Translations under genes and position numbers: made by a program | Source of the DNA: Antedon mediterranea | Lineage: Eukaryota; Animalia; Echinodermata | Reading direction: 5' to 3' | Assembly (NCBI RefSeq): GCF_964355755.1 | Contig: NC_092676.1 | Location: 6,053,888 to 6,117,887, forward strand | DNA length: 64,000 bases | Part shown: positions 48,901-61,687 of the stretch, in pieces | Numbering within the stretch: the first letter of the stretch is position 1 | Layout of the letters: the number at the start of each line of letters is the position of its first letter | The notes under the pieces: model-generated | The model's database searches: none | What the model was told of the DNA's origin: nothing | What the model saw: the letters and a program-made list of their open reading frames with translations, nothing else

Positions 48901-49269
48901 TTGAGAACGCGCTCGTGTGTCAGATGATTAGCGCATGTTTAAAAACCGTACGAGTTTGAAAAACGCGTTGTTGCGTCAGATTATGACGCGTTTGTGTTAC
49001 TGATGGTATACAGTAAAACCTACGTACTCCTAATCATTAATTATTTTCCTCATTTCTGAATCTTGATCCATAAGGTTAACCAGGCCGTTTGATTTCATAA
49101 CGGTTGCCCTTGGCACATATAATTCGGTCACATGCATTTAGCCTTGATACAATTATTAGATAACATAATTACATCCATACAATTTAGAAAATTGTTCTTT
49201 TTATACAAATAACAAGACGACATTCGGAATGATGGTTAATGCGATCAACATTATTAGCTGAAGTCCAAC

Positions 49270-49590
49270 ATTTTCTTCTCGCGTTGAATTTTAAGTTGAG
49301 CTAAATTAATCCGTTTTAACAAAATTACCTATATTTTGGATTAGATATAGAGATAGGCCTATTAAAAGATTATTAAGATATTAGCTCAAGTACAACATTT
49401 TCTTTAAGTTGAGCTGAATTAATCCGTTTTAATTACAGACCAAATTATCTATAGTTTGGATTAGATTTAGGGATATAAAGATGGATAATCAGACCAATAA
49501 GTTTAGTCAGTATACTAGATATTATTCCAACATCTCGATTTCTTCTTCTTGCGTTGACATTTAAGTGGAGCTAAATTAATCCGTTTGTAT
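49270..49590. repeat. Degenerate tandem duplication (3 copies of AAGTTGAGCTAAATTAATCCGTTT)
   Basis: Motif recurs near 49293, 49406 and 49563. Confidence 0.6.
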
Positions 49591-50377
49591 CGTCATAATT
49601 ATGATAGATAATTCACATATACAAAGATGACAGTGATCCATACGAAGATGAATGAACCGACCGATAAGCTAAGTAACAACATTGATAAGTTAATATTCTT
49701 CCACCATCTCAATTTCTTTTTCTCGAGTTAACTCGAATAAAGTGGTGTCAAATGTCACTGACACCTTTTTGACTGGATCTGCGTATAGATACAATAAACA
49801 CACGTTTCGTTTCCATGGCAATGTCTAGTGTTGTTATATATGATTTACATTAACGCAATGTGAAGATTTTGGACGATAATGTGTTTCTTTACTTTCCACA
49901 GTTTTCCATTACGGTCCATTTCGGTTGCTATACTTTCTCTTCCTTATACAGTATTTCCTTCTCAGAATAGATCTAATCTAATTAATATATATGTAAATAA
50001 TTAGCGGACTAGTCTGCGACGAAACATGTTTCATGTAAACGTCTATTAGAATATTTATCCTCTGTAGGGAAGGTGTGTTCATACTCGAAACATGGATTAG
50101 AATATAGATTTGTTTTCTTCTCCTCGGGAATATTAATTCCATTCAAATTATTCATAGTCTATTCTTGGCAAAATATTCCCAGTGCGCCGCCTTGTTACAG
50201 AGAACCATTATTATGTAGACATCAGTTAATCATTTTATATGTAAAGTTTCTGTTGAATCATGTCAAAATTATGCTGCAGTTACTGCAGTAATATCAAAGA
50301 ATGTAAATGCATAGGTAACATAAACATTAAGGGATTTTTTAACCGTGTGGACCTATGGAATCAAATATATTATATAT

Positions 50378-50809
50378 ATCGTTTCAAATTAATTAATTAA
50401 ATTTCAGTATATCACCAGGCGGTTTAGAATTAATGTTCTTTGCCTGCTGTGTTTATCTATATTATAAAAGTATCTCTTCGGAGATCCCGCCTCGTGAATA
50501 AAAATATTGAAAGATGAGGGCGTATCAATTTGATCTCTGTTGCGCGTGCGTACAACTGAGGACTAGTTGTGTTCCAATCGTACCACGCCGAGAAAAGGGT
50601 CGTTATCCGATCGAGTTAAAGAACAATACCATGGTCTAATGGTTAGGACATCTGCATATCAAGCAGGCGGTCCCAGTTCGAGCCTCGGTTGGGGCGACTT
50701 TTTCTCATTCTCAAAGATTTCCTCATCTTTATCGTTTCAAATTAATTAATTAAATATCAGTATATCACCAGGCGGTTTAGAATTAATGTTCTTTGCCTGC
50801 TGTGTTTAT
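50378..50809 (+). mobile_element. tRNA-like-containing element with 79-bp direct terminal repeats
   Basis: 50378-50456 repeats at 50731-50809 (1 mismatch). Internal tRNA-like segment at ~50628-50698 has A-box TGGTCTAATGG, stem TCTGC/GCAGG around ATC, and B-box GTTCGAGCC. Confidence 0.5.
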
Positions 50810-50982
50810 ATATATATACTTGCACTGATGAAGGGCTAGTGTTGCCCGAAAGCTCTGCTAACTTTTCTGGTTGTTTACTTTATCGTTTTGATTTAGCTTT
50901 TCCCTTTTTTTTTGTATCTCCATTGAGATCCAGCCACTGATACCCACAGCATTATCATTTTTTCAGTAATTTGCCTTTGGAT

Positions 50983-51005
<23 letters not shown>
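50810..51005 (+). mobile_element. Probable Penelope-like element terminal (pLTR) fragment embedded in (TA)n
   Basis: Hammerhead motif followed by a T-rich tail, bracketed by TA microsatellites. Confidence 0.4.
50821..50859 (+). ncRNA. Minimal type I hammerhead ribozyme motif (Penelope-like element pLTR type)
   Basis: GCA-CTGATGA-A-GGGC-tagtgtt-GCCC-GAAA-GCTC-TGC: catalytic core boxes, 4-bp stem II, palindromic AGCT stem III, GCA/TGC stem I. Confidence 0.6.
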
Positions 51006-51020
<15 letters not shown>

Positions 51021-51919
51021 CAAAATCATAGATCCATTGCAACCAATAAAGAGCTGAAATTAGGCCTGCATAAACACATTTAGAATATTTTCTAAAAATT
51101 ATTAACTTGAAAATGTTTAACATTTTTAGTCGACTCTACAGCTCACTATGTCGGTCGGTCGGTTGGTCGGTAAACACTAACTTGAAGCCATGTATGTATG
51201 TTGTACCCTTTATTCTAATTCTTCTTGATTGCTTCTATATTTAAATAAAACCTGTTCAACGAAACACTAATTTCTGAAGCATCCATCTCTCAACATTAAG
51301 CCAGTTGGAAATACAAATAAACTCAGAATGGGGTCAAAAAAGCAAACATTGGTTGCAGTATAGTTTGTGAGAGAATATGATCATTACACTTGCGCGGATA
51401 ATCCAACTCGTTCTGTTGACGAGTTCAAGTCTAATTTAGTGATTAAATTGATAATAGTGCCTAATTTGAGTGTTCTACAACCCAGGTTGAACAGTTTATG
51501 TTGAAAAAAAAACACTTATATATTCATGAGATTGTTTATTTATTGACATCTTAAGATGTTATGTAATTGGACTGACTTGAAAACAAAATTTAAAATTTAA
51601 TTTGTTAAAGATAAAGCAATCAATTAGTAAATACGGTACGATGGTTTTGGTTTAACATGTACTGTAAAGCAAGCAACTGATAACTATCGATATGATCTGG
51701 TCGCCACATCAAAAAGGTTCTATTTTTTTATGAACACTCAATGCCATGTAAATAGAATTATTGATGACAAAAAAACATCACGTGTTTTTAAAATGATTTT
51801 TCGTGTCATGTGGTGTCGGTTTTACAGTGTTTCACTTCCCTTGGGAAACAGTTTCAACCTGTTTCTTCATGTATAGAAACTAGTAAACAATATATTCAGT
51901 ATTGGAAATCTTCATTTAT

Positions 51920-52242
51920 TATAGAATTGGAAATTCTTCGTTCATTTTTTTAACTCTTTGGTCATCTTTCTGCTTCTTTTTTTGTTCGAAGGGTCAAGGG
52001 TCAGCCAAGACCAATTTACTGTAATTTTATTATTAGAGTAATTTTTATTTGAATTTGAAAAAAATAATGTTTATAATATAAACCCTATGGCACTGATTAT
52101 AGAACTTGGAAATCCTTCGTGGTTTAGCCTACTGGAACTTGCTTTTGGTCATCTTTTTTTCTCGAAGAGTCAAGGGTCAACCAAGACAAATTTACTGTAA
52201 TTTTATTTTTAAATAAATTGTATTTGAATTTGAAAAAATAAC
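51920..52242. repeat. Diverged ~178-bp tandem duplication
   Basis: TTTGGTCATCTTT..GTCAAGGGTCA.CCAAGAC.AATTTACTGTAATTTTATT..TTTGAATTTGAAAAAA occurs twice. Confidence 0.8.
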
Positions 52243-52567
52243 AAAATAAAGCATGTCTCTCTATGACAAGTTACTGCACTTACTTTTACAATCGTTGTAC
52301 TTTATATTACCATCGACAACAACACAGCCTAATTCTAAGTTTTACTATTAATTTAAAATTATAAATATTCCCGCCAGTGGAATTAAATGCAGACGGCGGT
52401 ATGTTATAACATTGTCTGCCACCACTCATCATCCCAAAAACACATTTTCTGTCTGGTCGTATATTAATAATAATCTCTGTCTCCCTTCTGACAACGGTAA
52501 ACACTTTGTATTACTTTGTGTTTCTTTAATTTAACCTGCTCTACTTTAATATGTTAAGTTTACGACA

Positions 52568-53048
52568 TGTGAGTAACGAGTGCATCTTTTGACACGTAAT
52601 TTATTAAATGCACTTGCTCTAAAGTTATTTCATATCTTGTCTGAGATAACTTAAGTGGAAACGATGCGCATTGTAGTTTAAAATAGTACACAGCATTAGG
52701 GCAAGTACGTGTGTCAAAGGTCACTTTGTGAGTAACGAGTGCATCTTTTGACACGTAATTTATTAAATGCACTTGCTCTAAAGTTATTTCATATCTTGTC
52801 TGAGATAACTTAAATGGAAACGATGCGCCTTGTAGTTAAAAAAAGTACACAGCATTAGGGCAAGTGCGCGTGTCAAAGGTCACTCACTTTGTGAGTAATG
52901 AGTGCATCTTTTGACACGTAATTATTAAATGCACTTGCTCTAAAGTTATTTCATATCTTGTCTGAGATAACTTAAGTGGAAACGATGCGCATTGTGGTTA
53001 AACATAGTACACAACATTAGGGCAAGTGCGCGTGTCAAAGGTCACTTT
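52568..53048. repeat. ~160-bp tandem repeat, 3 copies
   Basis: TGTGAGTAACGAGTGCATCTTTTGACACG...GTGTCAAAGGTCACT occurs three times. Confidence 0.9.
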
Positions 53049-54169
53049 TTTTAGTTCAATGCTCTTCAATCGGTTTAACTTGATCTGCGTTCAAACGTGT
53101 CGTATATAATGTTACGATAGATATACAGTAACTTTAAAACCTATCGGAGTTGTTATATCGGAGATCGGAGGTAAGAGGGTGTGGTGGCTACTTTACACGG
53201 ATATACATTTGAGACCTATCAGAGTTATAGTACATCGGTGGTATCAACGAGAACTTACGTCGGATATAACTATGATATGATTCGGATCGGCTTAAAAGCG
53301 TTCCGCACGCTTAATTCTAGTACGTGTGAACACATGTATATATAATTTATACACGAGAAGGTCGCTTTATGAAATAAATAGATGAAATGTAAGTTGACGA
53401 CATACAGCGTTGACATTATATTATACTACACTGCACTTTATTAATGGACCATTGCCTATTGTCATTAATATATAATGTATACATGAAATATTCAATTATA
53501 CCCTGCGTAATGATCCATCTTCAGGAATAATGTCCCTTTTTTCAAATAAATTTAATTTAATGCAGTGACCTGTCGTGTGAATACGTGTTTTAATACACTA
53601 TTGTAAAAGTACGAGAACCTCGTAGGACCTATTATTACTACACAGTCCAAATTTCGATTTCTTCTTGTCTAATCCCTGTAAAACAGTTTGTACAAATTAC
53701 ATTGGATATTCAGGCGGTGTTTGTACGTTTCCCAATTACTGTGTCCTTTGATGCCTACACCGACTAATGGATTGGTAAATGAAAGCAGGAACAGTGAGAA
53801 AATGAAAAGTATTGAATATTGAAACGAATTCATAATATAAAGTATTCGACCGAAACGACGAATTAAATTCAACTTTTGTATTAACATTAATAAATCCAAA
53901 CATTCATAATTTAATTCATGATAACAATAGGAAGTAATATTTATTGATATAAATAAAATAATAACACTTATTTTATTACATTAGGCCAATGGCACAAGAT
54001 GCGAGAAAGGTAGCCAGGCAGCACACCAGATAAAAATATGAATGTTTAATGAAAAATATATCACCTGCGCAACTATAGTGGCTTAATTGCAACCATTATT
54101 TTACCTAAAAGGCGCTCAATACCTACAAAATTGTACTTACATGCGAATAATGTTGTTATACAGTATAAT

Positions 54170-54205
54170 CATAGAGATATTATAGTGAACTATAATATCT
54201 CTATG
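54170..54205. mobile_element. 36-bp minimal TIR element
   Basis: 16-bp perfect TIR CATAGAGATATTATAG, flanked by the 7-bp direct repeat GTATAAT. Confidence 0.6.
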
Positions 54206-54978
54206 GTATAATGAATTGAATATGAATGAAGTATAATAAATAAAATTATCACACCCGCAAATAGTGCCTTTATTGCGGCTGTGATGCGTGTCCTTACCCG
54301 CGTTCCATACCTATATATTTTTCCAGCGCTTATATAAAGAAAAAAAACTTGATTGCACAATATTACAGGTTAATGGTGTTAAAGAATCTAAAAATATAAT
54401 GTGAAATAGAAATGTTGACACGGGATATAAAGTTGTAGTTTATCAAGGACTCGAGTACTCATAATAAATTGGCGGTCATCAAGACATCAAGAGATATCAA
54501 GCCATCCGTTAAGTCCAAATGCTTGATCATGATGGTACTTAATTGACGTTTCCTTCTAACTAATTCCGTTGAGACAAAAGTGTGTAAAACGAATTTACTA
54601 AATACATTCAGTTCAATATATATAATGCATTGCAATATTAGTGTTGATCACCATACACAAATTCGAATTCATTTGTTAATATCATCAGAGGATGGAGTCG
54701 GTGATTTGTTGCACAATTTAACTCAATCTTTTTTGATAAACGAATTATTTCCGTTGTAGTTTCAATCAGTTTTTGGTTTTTCTCAATGTTGTATAATCTT
54801 GTTCCGTTACACATGTTTTTAGTTTAGGTAGGCATACTAAACTAGAGTAATAAACATGGCAGCCGCTTTAACTGTAACATATTTACATTTGTGTATTTAA
54901 TTGATGAATGTGTATATCCAGTTTTAATTACTCGCTTTTCTAATACTCTGTCGGAAACTACAAGTGAACACAGTCTAA

Positions 54979-55130
54979 AGCTTTGTCTACACTATCAAAC
55001 TTTATGTGACAACAAAATGTGATTTGCCCGTATATGGACATCATGATGTCATATCACTATATTACCATATTTAAGCATACCACTACCATACTTTGGCACA
55101 TCACTACCATATTTGGGCATATCACACCCG
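54979..55130. mobile_element. MITE family A, right-truncated
   Basis: Left TIR and internal subrepeats. Confidence 0.7.
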
Positions 55131-55976
55131 TTTTCCACTCTATACGAATATATTTACTATTTGCCTGAATCGAACATTCCTGAGTTTTGATTGGTTGCGC
55201 AAAAAGTTATGAATTAAAAACTAGATTTTTTTGATTTTTTTTTCTAAGGAATTATTACAGGCATAACAATATCATTTGTTGTTATGTTATTAGGTATTTG
55301 TTGACTAGCTTTCCATTTCTGAAATTTGGCCCTCCAATTTCTGTAGGTAATCTCTACTAAGACGAAAGTTCAATATTGCACAGAAAAGTGCTCTGAAGGA
55401 AATACAGTTCAACGAATGTTGCGAAGTAAATTAACGGATAAATTGCTATCAACACGTTCGCAACACATTTCAAAAATTGTTTTTATAATATACAGTGTTT
55501 GACATTCTCCCTCGGGAACAATAAAACTAGGCTATGTAGTCACTCGGAGTTAATATATTTTGGCAAATGCACTTTTACGTTTAGTCTGTGTACTTTTCTA
55601 CACTTCTACAACCTGTAATTGTTATTTTAAAATTAATTAATGATGTTGTTTGTACATTTAGCTTGCTCTACAAACAGAATATACTGTCTTAAATTAATAG
55701 GCACTTGATATACAATTTTCATTTAACCTACCCAAATATTTTTTTTATATCAAGGATTATTCATTAGTTATCGATGAGTCATACAAGCGTAGGATGGTTT
55801 TCAACAAAAGATAAGTTTACTAGTGAAAAGTTATCTTCTATACTATCACTATGAATATGAAGGTGCATGATCTGAGAGAGTCTAAAAGTGGGACTTAAAA
55901 TGCCTAACTTAGGTGTGGAAGATAATGAAGGCTGGTCACTTCGCCCATTTTGGCACCCTGATTATTTGAGATTTAA

Positions 55977-56312
55977 AGAGGTAATGTCCCCCCAAAAAGC
56001 ATGCAAAAATGACGAATAATTAAATCAGACTTTGAATAGGTTATTTTGTAGTTTTAATAAAGTTAATCACTTCCGTAGAAAAAAAAAAACGAAAAAAATG
56101 TTTTCAATTATAAAATGACATAATAAATCGTTAAATTCAACCGACAATCCATGCCAGCTAATTTTACTATTTTTGCTTTAGATTAGAGTTTTTTCAGATA
56201 AATAAATTTGGTTTAGATCGAATTTTTGGTCAAAGTGAATAACTATTATGTGAAAAGGACATATTCAACAAAAAAAATTGTAAAAATTATTTTTCAGGGG
56301 GACAATACATCT
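55977..56312 (-). mobile_element. Family J copy
   Basis: TTAA|AGAGGTAATGTCCCC...GGGGACAATACATCT|TTAA. Confidence 0.7.
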
Positions 56313-59300
56313 TTAACTTTTATAAGCTCTTACCGGGGCATAAGGGGTATTAGTATTGTTTTGAAGCAGCAGGGACGAGGCTTGAACATAAACTCCCTGT
56401 TTTCGAGTCAGTTCGATAGGAATCGGTGTGTACTGTGTTATGTTCTACATTCCTCCAACTGTTTGTTTACCTCACCTCTGACCCCAAGCCTACCCACATA
56501 TTTTCTCAGAAGGCATCGTATGGGCTTACCTTGTCAAACATCCGCAAGTTTATTTTGTTTCTCTATAATTTATCTCCGTCGTTTTGATTTAATGGTAAAT
56601 TTAACGATTGTAGGCCTACCCGTACAGGGTCGACCGTTTGGTCACTTGGGCCGGAGGTCGATCAGTGAGTGACTCCCATAAAACATCGAATACTTTCATA
56701 ATTTTATATACGTATTTGATTGACAAGTTATCATATAATATTCTTGATTCATCAAAGGGAATCTTTCTGACAATTTTATGAATTAATAGCAATCATTTTT
56801 GTTTCAATTTTCAACGTCTTTTCTATTGCCAGTTTCATATTATACAAAACACATAAACAGGCCTATACTATATCGATTGTATTACAACTGTCAGTTTTTC
56901 TAAGTAGGCCCGGAATTCTGAAATTTGCAAAAGAATGAATTCATTTATACTCTGAAAACCGGTATATTTCTTTTATATTTGTTGTTTGAACCTGTACGTA
57001 TTTGTTTTCATTTAATTTTAATTTGAAGGACACTGAACATATTTTAAAAGATGTTCAAAATTAACATGTCAATATAAATTACCGAAATTGTCTTGTGTTT
57101 TACATAACCGGTTAAATTATATTTTGAAATAGACCTCGTTGAATGTAAGCTGACCTATTTCTAACATTAAATGTGCGTTGTTTGTTTATAAAAATCTAAT
57201 GTTAAAATGTCAAGCGAGTGTTTTTATAAAACAAAAGTGTACATAATAGCTTTAACGTGCATCTATTCGACACTCAACAGTGAAATGTTTATAAATCTCT
57301 CGCACTCACAATTGCAATGAATAAATCTGAAGTTAATAAATAATATAACTGGAATTTAATAAGTTACCAAACACACAGGTATGTAAAGAGCTTTCCGTGT
57401 GGTTGTTTTTTTTTTGTTTTTTTTTTTTTTTAAGTATTTCGCTAATTATGGAATGAATTTGAGTTAACAAAATAAGAAAGAAAAAATGTTTTAAGGCTAC
57501 ACGCAGTAATTGCACAACTATCCTGCGTATGCTAATCTATATCAATTTTCAGTCATTCCTATAACAACAATTTCATTGGCTATATGCGTGCAATATAGAA
57601 GGGCAAGGAGTGGCATTTTGAACAAGGAAACGATTGAGATGATCTATCGTGCCAGTTCCATTCGTAACGTATTTTAAATTGTCCTTCGAGTTTACTAATT
57701 AATAACCTTTAATGTTTTTTAAATATAGGCCTATACAGTATAGGAAACGATATATAATTCCTCCCAAAATATCATTATACCATAGATTGTTGCACCTCTA
57801 TCTAGACTTGCCCCAAGTCTGTGTTTATTGTCTTTCCCAGTCGACGTTTCGATTTTTGTCTGAAAATATGAGTTTACAAGCTCAAGTAGTATACGTATGG
57901 AACGCCATGTGCGCCAAATATGTATCTTTACTAATACAGTTATTAAGTCAAAACTCCGTCTAGAACCCAGACTACACCTATATCGTTTAATATATAAATG
58001 ATAATAAAATACAATGAAAATACAATGAAAATACAATGGAAATATAGAACATTAAATGAAAATCAACACTTCATTTTACTATTTATTATTTAGAACCCCT
58101 TTTCAAAATCTTTATCCGCCACTGTCTACAATAACACACAAAATACATGTTATCATTTTTTGATAGATTTTATTAACTTTTACATAGTCGTCAAAACAGG
58201 AAGATTCTGACAAGAATTAAAACTCGATTGACAGTTCTGAGTGTTATTTTGTTATTAATGGAGATATGGATGAATGCATGGAATCATTTATAGTCGACAT
58301 TAAATTATTTTCCCATAAATTCTGGGAAGTGGTCAGTCAAACGTTTGTCTGTGGTTCAATCAAATGCTGAATGTTATATATGGTCACGTTGGCTTGATCA
58401 TAATGATATTTGTAAGACCACAAAAAAAGTCTTTCTATAAAGTTAAATCAAAATAATAGTAAATAAAAACTAAATGCAAAGAATGCTGTCAGCGTGGATC
58501 AACTAACTCGTCACGGGGCCGAGTTAAAATCTAACCATGGATAACAGTTTTTAAAAACTTTGCTAATTCAAAGACAAGCCATGCTACGGAAATTCAACAA
58601 AACATCGACAAAAAAAATTATTATTCCTTGCCAGATTTCTTCTGGTATTTTAATAGTTGTTTTTGATGATGTAGACAATTTATCTCACAGTATAATGTGT
58701 TTGTTCCCATCAAAAGTACCTCATTAAAGAAGAATCTTTAATTTAAATTAGAAACAACGCCTATATAACGTTGTGCGTAATCACCATCCTTTAAAAATAT
58801 ATTTTTTGGTACACCTTTTTAGTACTGTATTACACATTTCCAATACTGTTTTCTTCCCTGGTACCCGGCCCTCTTTTCTCTTTCTGCCATTCACAAGATT
58901 TGCTTTATTTGGCCCTCCGAGTCTTATTTATATCAAGGTATTGTACTTTTTTGCTTAAAAAATGCAAGAGAAATAGAGGTTTACTTTATTTTTAATTTTG
59001 AGTCGATGCTTTGGTTTTTTTAGTTGGGAGTGTCGTCAGTAAACGTTTCTATTTAAACGTTTCTGCTATTTCAGCAGTAAGCCACCAGGTATTCCCATAA
59101 TGTTTTTTCTAACCTGTGTATACTATTTTATTCTTTCATCACGTGCCACAGAGATTCGATTACGTTAGATAGTCACAAAGGAGCACTTTCTTTAGTTTAA
59201 ATTTAAAATATTGATAGATTTAAAATTAATTTATTTCTCAAATAACACAGATGGTTACATCATTGTAGGTAAAATAACAAAACGGTAGGCCTGGTAGGAA

Positions 59301-59559
59301 TTATAAAAGAACAGCAGACTCTTTGTTTAAAAATAACTGGTAATAAATAACTAGTAAATTGCCCCTGGGAGGGAGTTATGTTCAGTTGCTTGCATACCTG
59401 CACATTACTTATTAATTGCGAATTGAATACACTGCTTGCGCATTACATCATGCGCGTATTATATACCTGCGCAGTACATATTTACGTGTTCTATCGCTGC
59501 GCATTACATATCTACGAGTTGCATAACACATGTGCATTGCATATCCGCGTATCTATACT

Positions 59560-60010
59560 CATTAGATACATATATTTGCGCATTACATATCTCATGCTTG
59601 TAGCATATTTGCGCATTAGATATCTGCGCATTACATATCTGCTTATAACATGTTATTTTCGAATTACATAATTATCTGCACATTACATATCTGCTTATAA
59701 CATATTTGCGTATTACATAAATATCTGCGCATTACATAAATATCTGCGCATTACATAATATCTGCGCGTTACATAAATATCTGCGCGTTACATAAATATC
59801 TGCGCATTACATAAATATCTGCGCATTACATAAATATCTGTGCATTACATAATTATCTGCGCATTACATAAATATCTGCGCGTTACATAAATATTTGCGC
59901 ATAACATAAATATCTGCGCATTACATAAATATCTGCGCATTACATAAATATCTGCGCGTTACATAAATATCTGCGCATTACATAAATATCTGCGCATTAC
60001 ATAAATCTAT
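59560..60010. repeat. 19-bp minisatellite
   Basis: Unit ATTACATAAATATCTGCGC; degenerate versions extend back to ~59430. Confidence 0.9.
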
Positions 60011-60679
60011 GCATACATACTTAATAAATACACATTACATTATATACGCATTCACATACTTGCGCATGGCATTGTATTCAAATGACTTTTTAAATTAGCA
60101 AAATATGTTCTGTGTTATCAAACATCAAATATACACAATACTAGTAGGCCTATATTGCAAAATATGGTTATGGGTTGCTGGGGAAAATAGCCCCTATGAG
60201 GTGTGGGGATAAGAAACGAGAAGAAACCGACCGCAGGGCCAGAGAAACGAAAATGTCCCTGTAGCCAACCTCCGCCTCTTGCTTCCTAAACATAATTGCA
60301 GGCCTGCAGTATCAATGACGATAAAACATTGATTCAAACAGCTACATTTGGAGTATAAAGAACATGATTTACGGCTGACCACCTTTGCTACGCTTTCTTC
60401 TTCTGAAGCAAGTCTGTGACGTGTTATGTTCACGCGATAGTAATAAATCCTGCCACATAGCACATTTCTTAATGATTAATTTGTAACGAAATATTGCCTT
60501 ATAAGATCATAGAAAATTCATTATTGAATGTTGCGTTTTTTAACATAATATTTACGGAATACCGCAGTAACACGAACACAAATATGAAACGTCAAACGAA
60601 CCAATTAAATATCAATGGTTTCTAACACCTTGTGTCATTTATGGAACGCAAAAAAACGACAAATAGACGCTGCATATTA

Positions 60680-61687
60680 TTTATTATTGTTATTAATGAT
60701 TGTATCCAATTATGACTTAAGTTAATCTAATTATTACTTAGGCCAAATCGCCCATAATTATCTTATGTAATTGGTAAGGGCCCCTGCATCATCATCTATG
60801 ATCTAGTAATTTACTTTTCTTTTCTTTTCTGACTAAGAGGCTTTATAACGGAGCTGTGTACATATTTGTATTTAAATAGTATGCCAAGTTAATACATTTA
60901 TGTGTGGGAAATGTGCATGTGATTCGGACCTTTGACAGAGCGTTTTTAAATTAGCATTAGTTAGTACAGACTTGGATGCATTCCGAGTCACTGTCCGTCC
61001 GTTCAAACACGTGACGTTCAACATCTTCTTGATATTGGCTATCGATGTATGTTGAATCTTGCTTGTTGAGACTCTTCTATGAAAAAAATGACACGAGGCG
61101 GTCAGTGCCAAGTGTACTGTTTGATTAAGAATTGTTACTTTCCTGTATATTATTGATAGCACTTTCCTGTGCAGTTTATCTTTATTACGTCGTACAAGCG
61201 TTCAGATACTACGTACATGCGTCACAATATCGATGTAACTGGAAAAACGCGTTAAAGTTAAATGTACGAAACATGGTACAAGCGTTTCGACTATTATATA
61301 GTATCCACGAGTAGTGAACTTAATCAGAATGCATTATAGTTAGTTCGACGTATTTTTATACTAATTTATTAAATCACGTGATATTGTATTTGTTCAGCTT
61401 TTTTTTTATCAGTCATTCTTGTTTATTTTACCTATAAAACTACACCGTAGGCCTAAGTACACTGTATAGTATTTCCCAAAAGAGCAGTGCCTAGGCTTAC
61501 TTTATTCGGTCAATGAAATACCGTAAATACTGCGCGCTCTAATACTTGCTTGTTTTTTATAAGAAGCAAAACAAAAGTTAACTCGAGCGTGTTACCAAAT
61601 AAGGCAAAGTTAATGGTTCTTCTTAATGTGAGGTCATAGTTCAACCGTTATTGACTTTCCGTTCTGACACTGACCACTGCATTTATA
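60680..61687 (-). other. Candidate two-exon antisense transcript (lncRNA or 50-aa micropeptide)
   Basis: On the minus strand: TATAAAT 61687-61681, donor AAA|GTAAGC at 61501/61500, branch CACTGAC plus TTTTTTTCATAG| acceptor at 61077/61076, ORF 61024-60872, AATAAA 60685-60680. Confidence 0.35.

Noticed and set aside
50628-50698. Functional tRNA-Asp(ATC) gene
   Set aside because: Acceptor stem does not pair, anticodon loop is non-canonical, and it is embedded in a repeat element.
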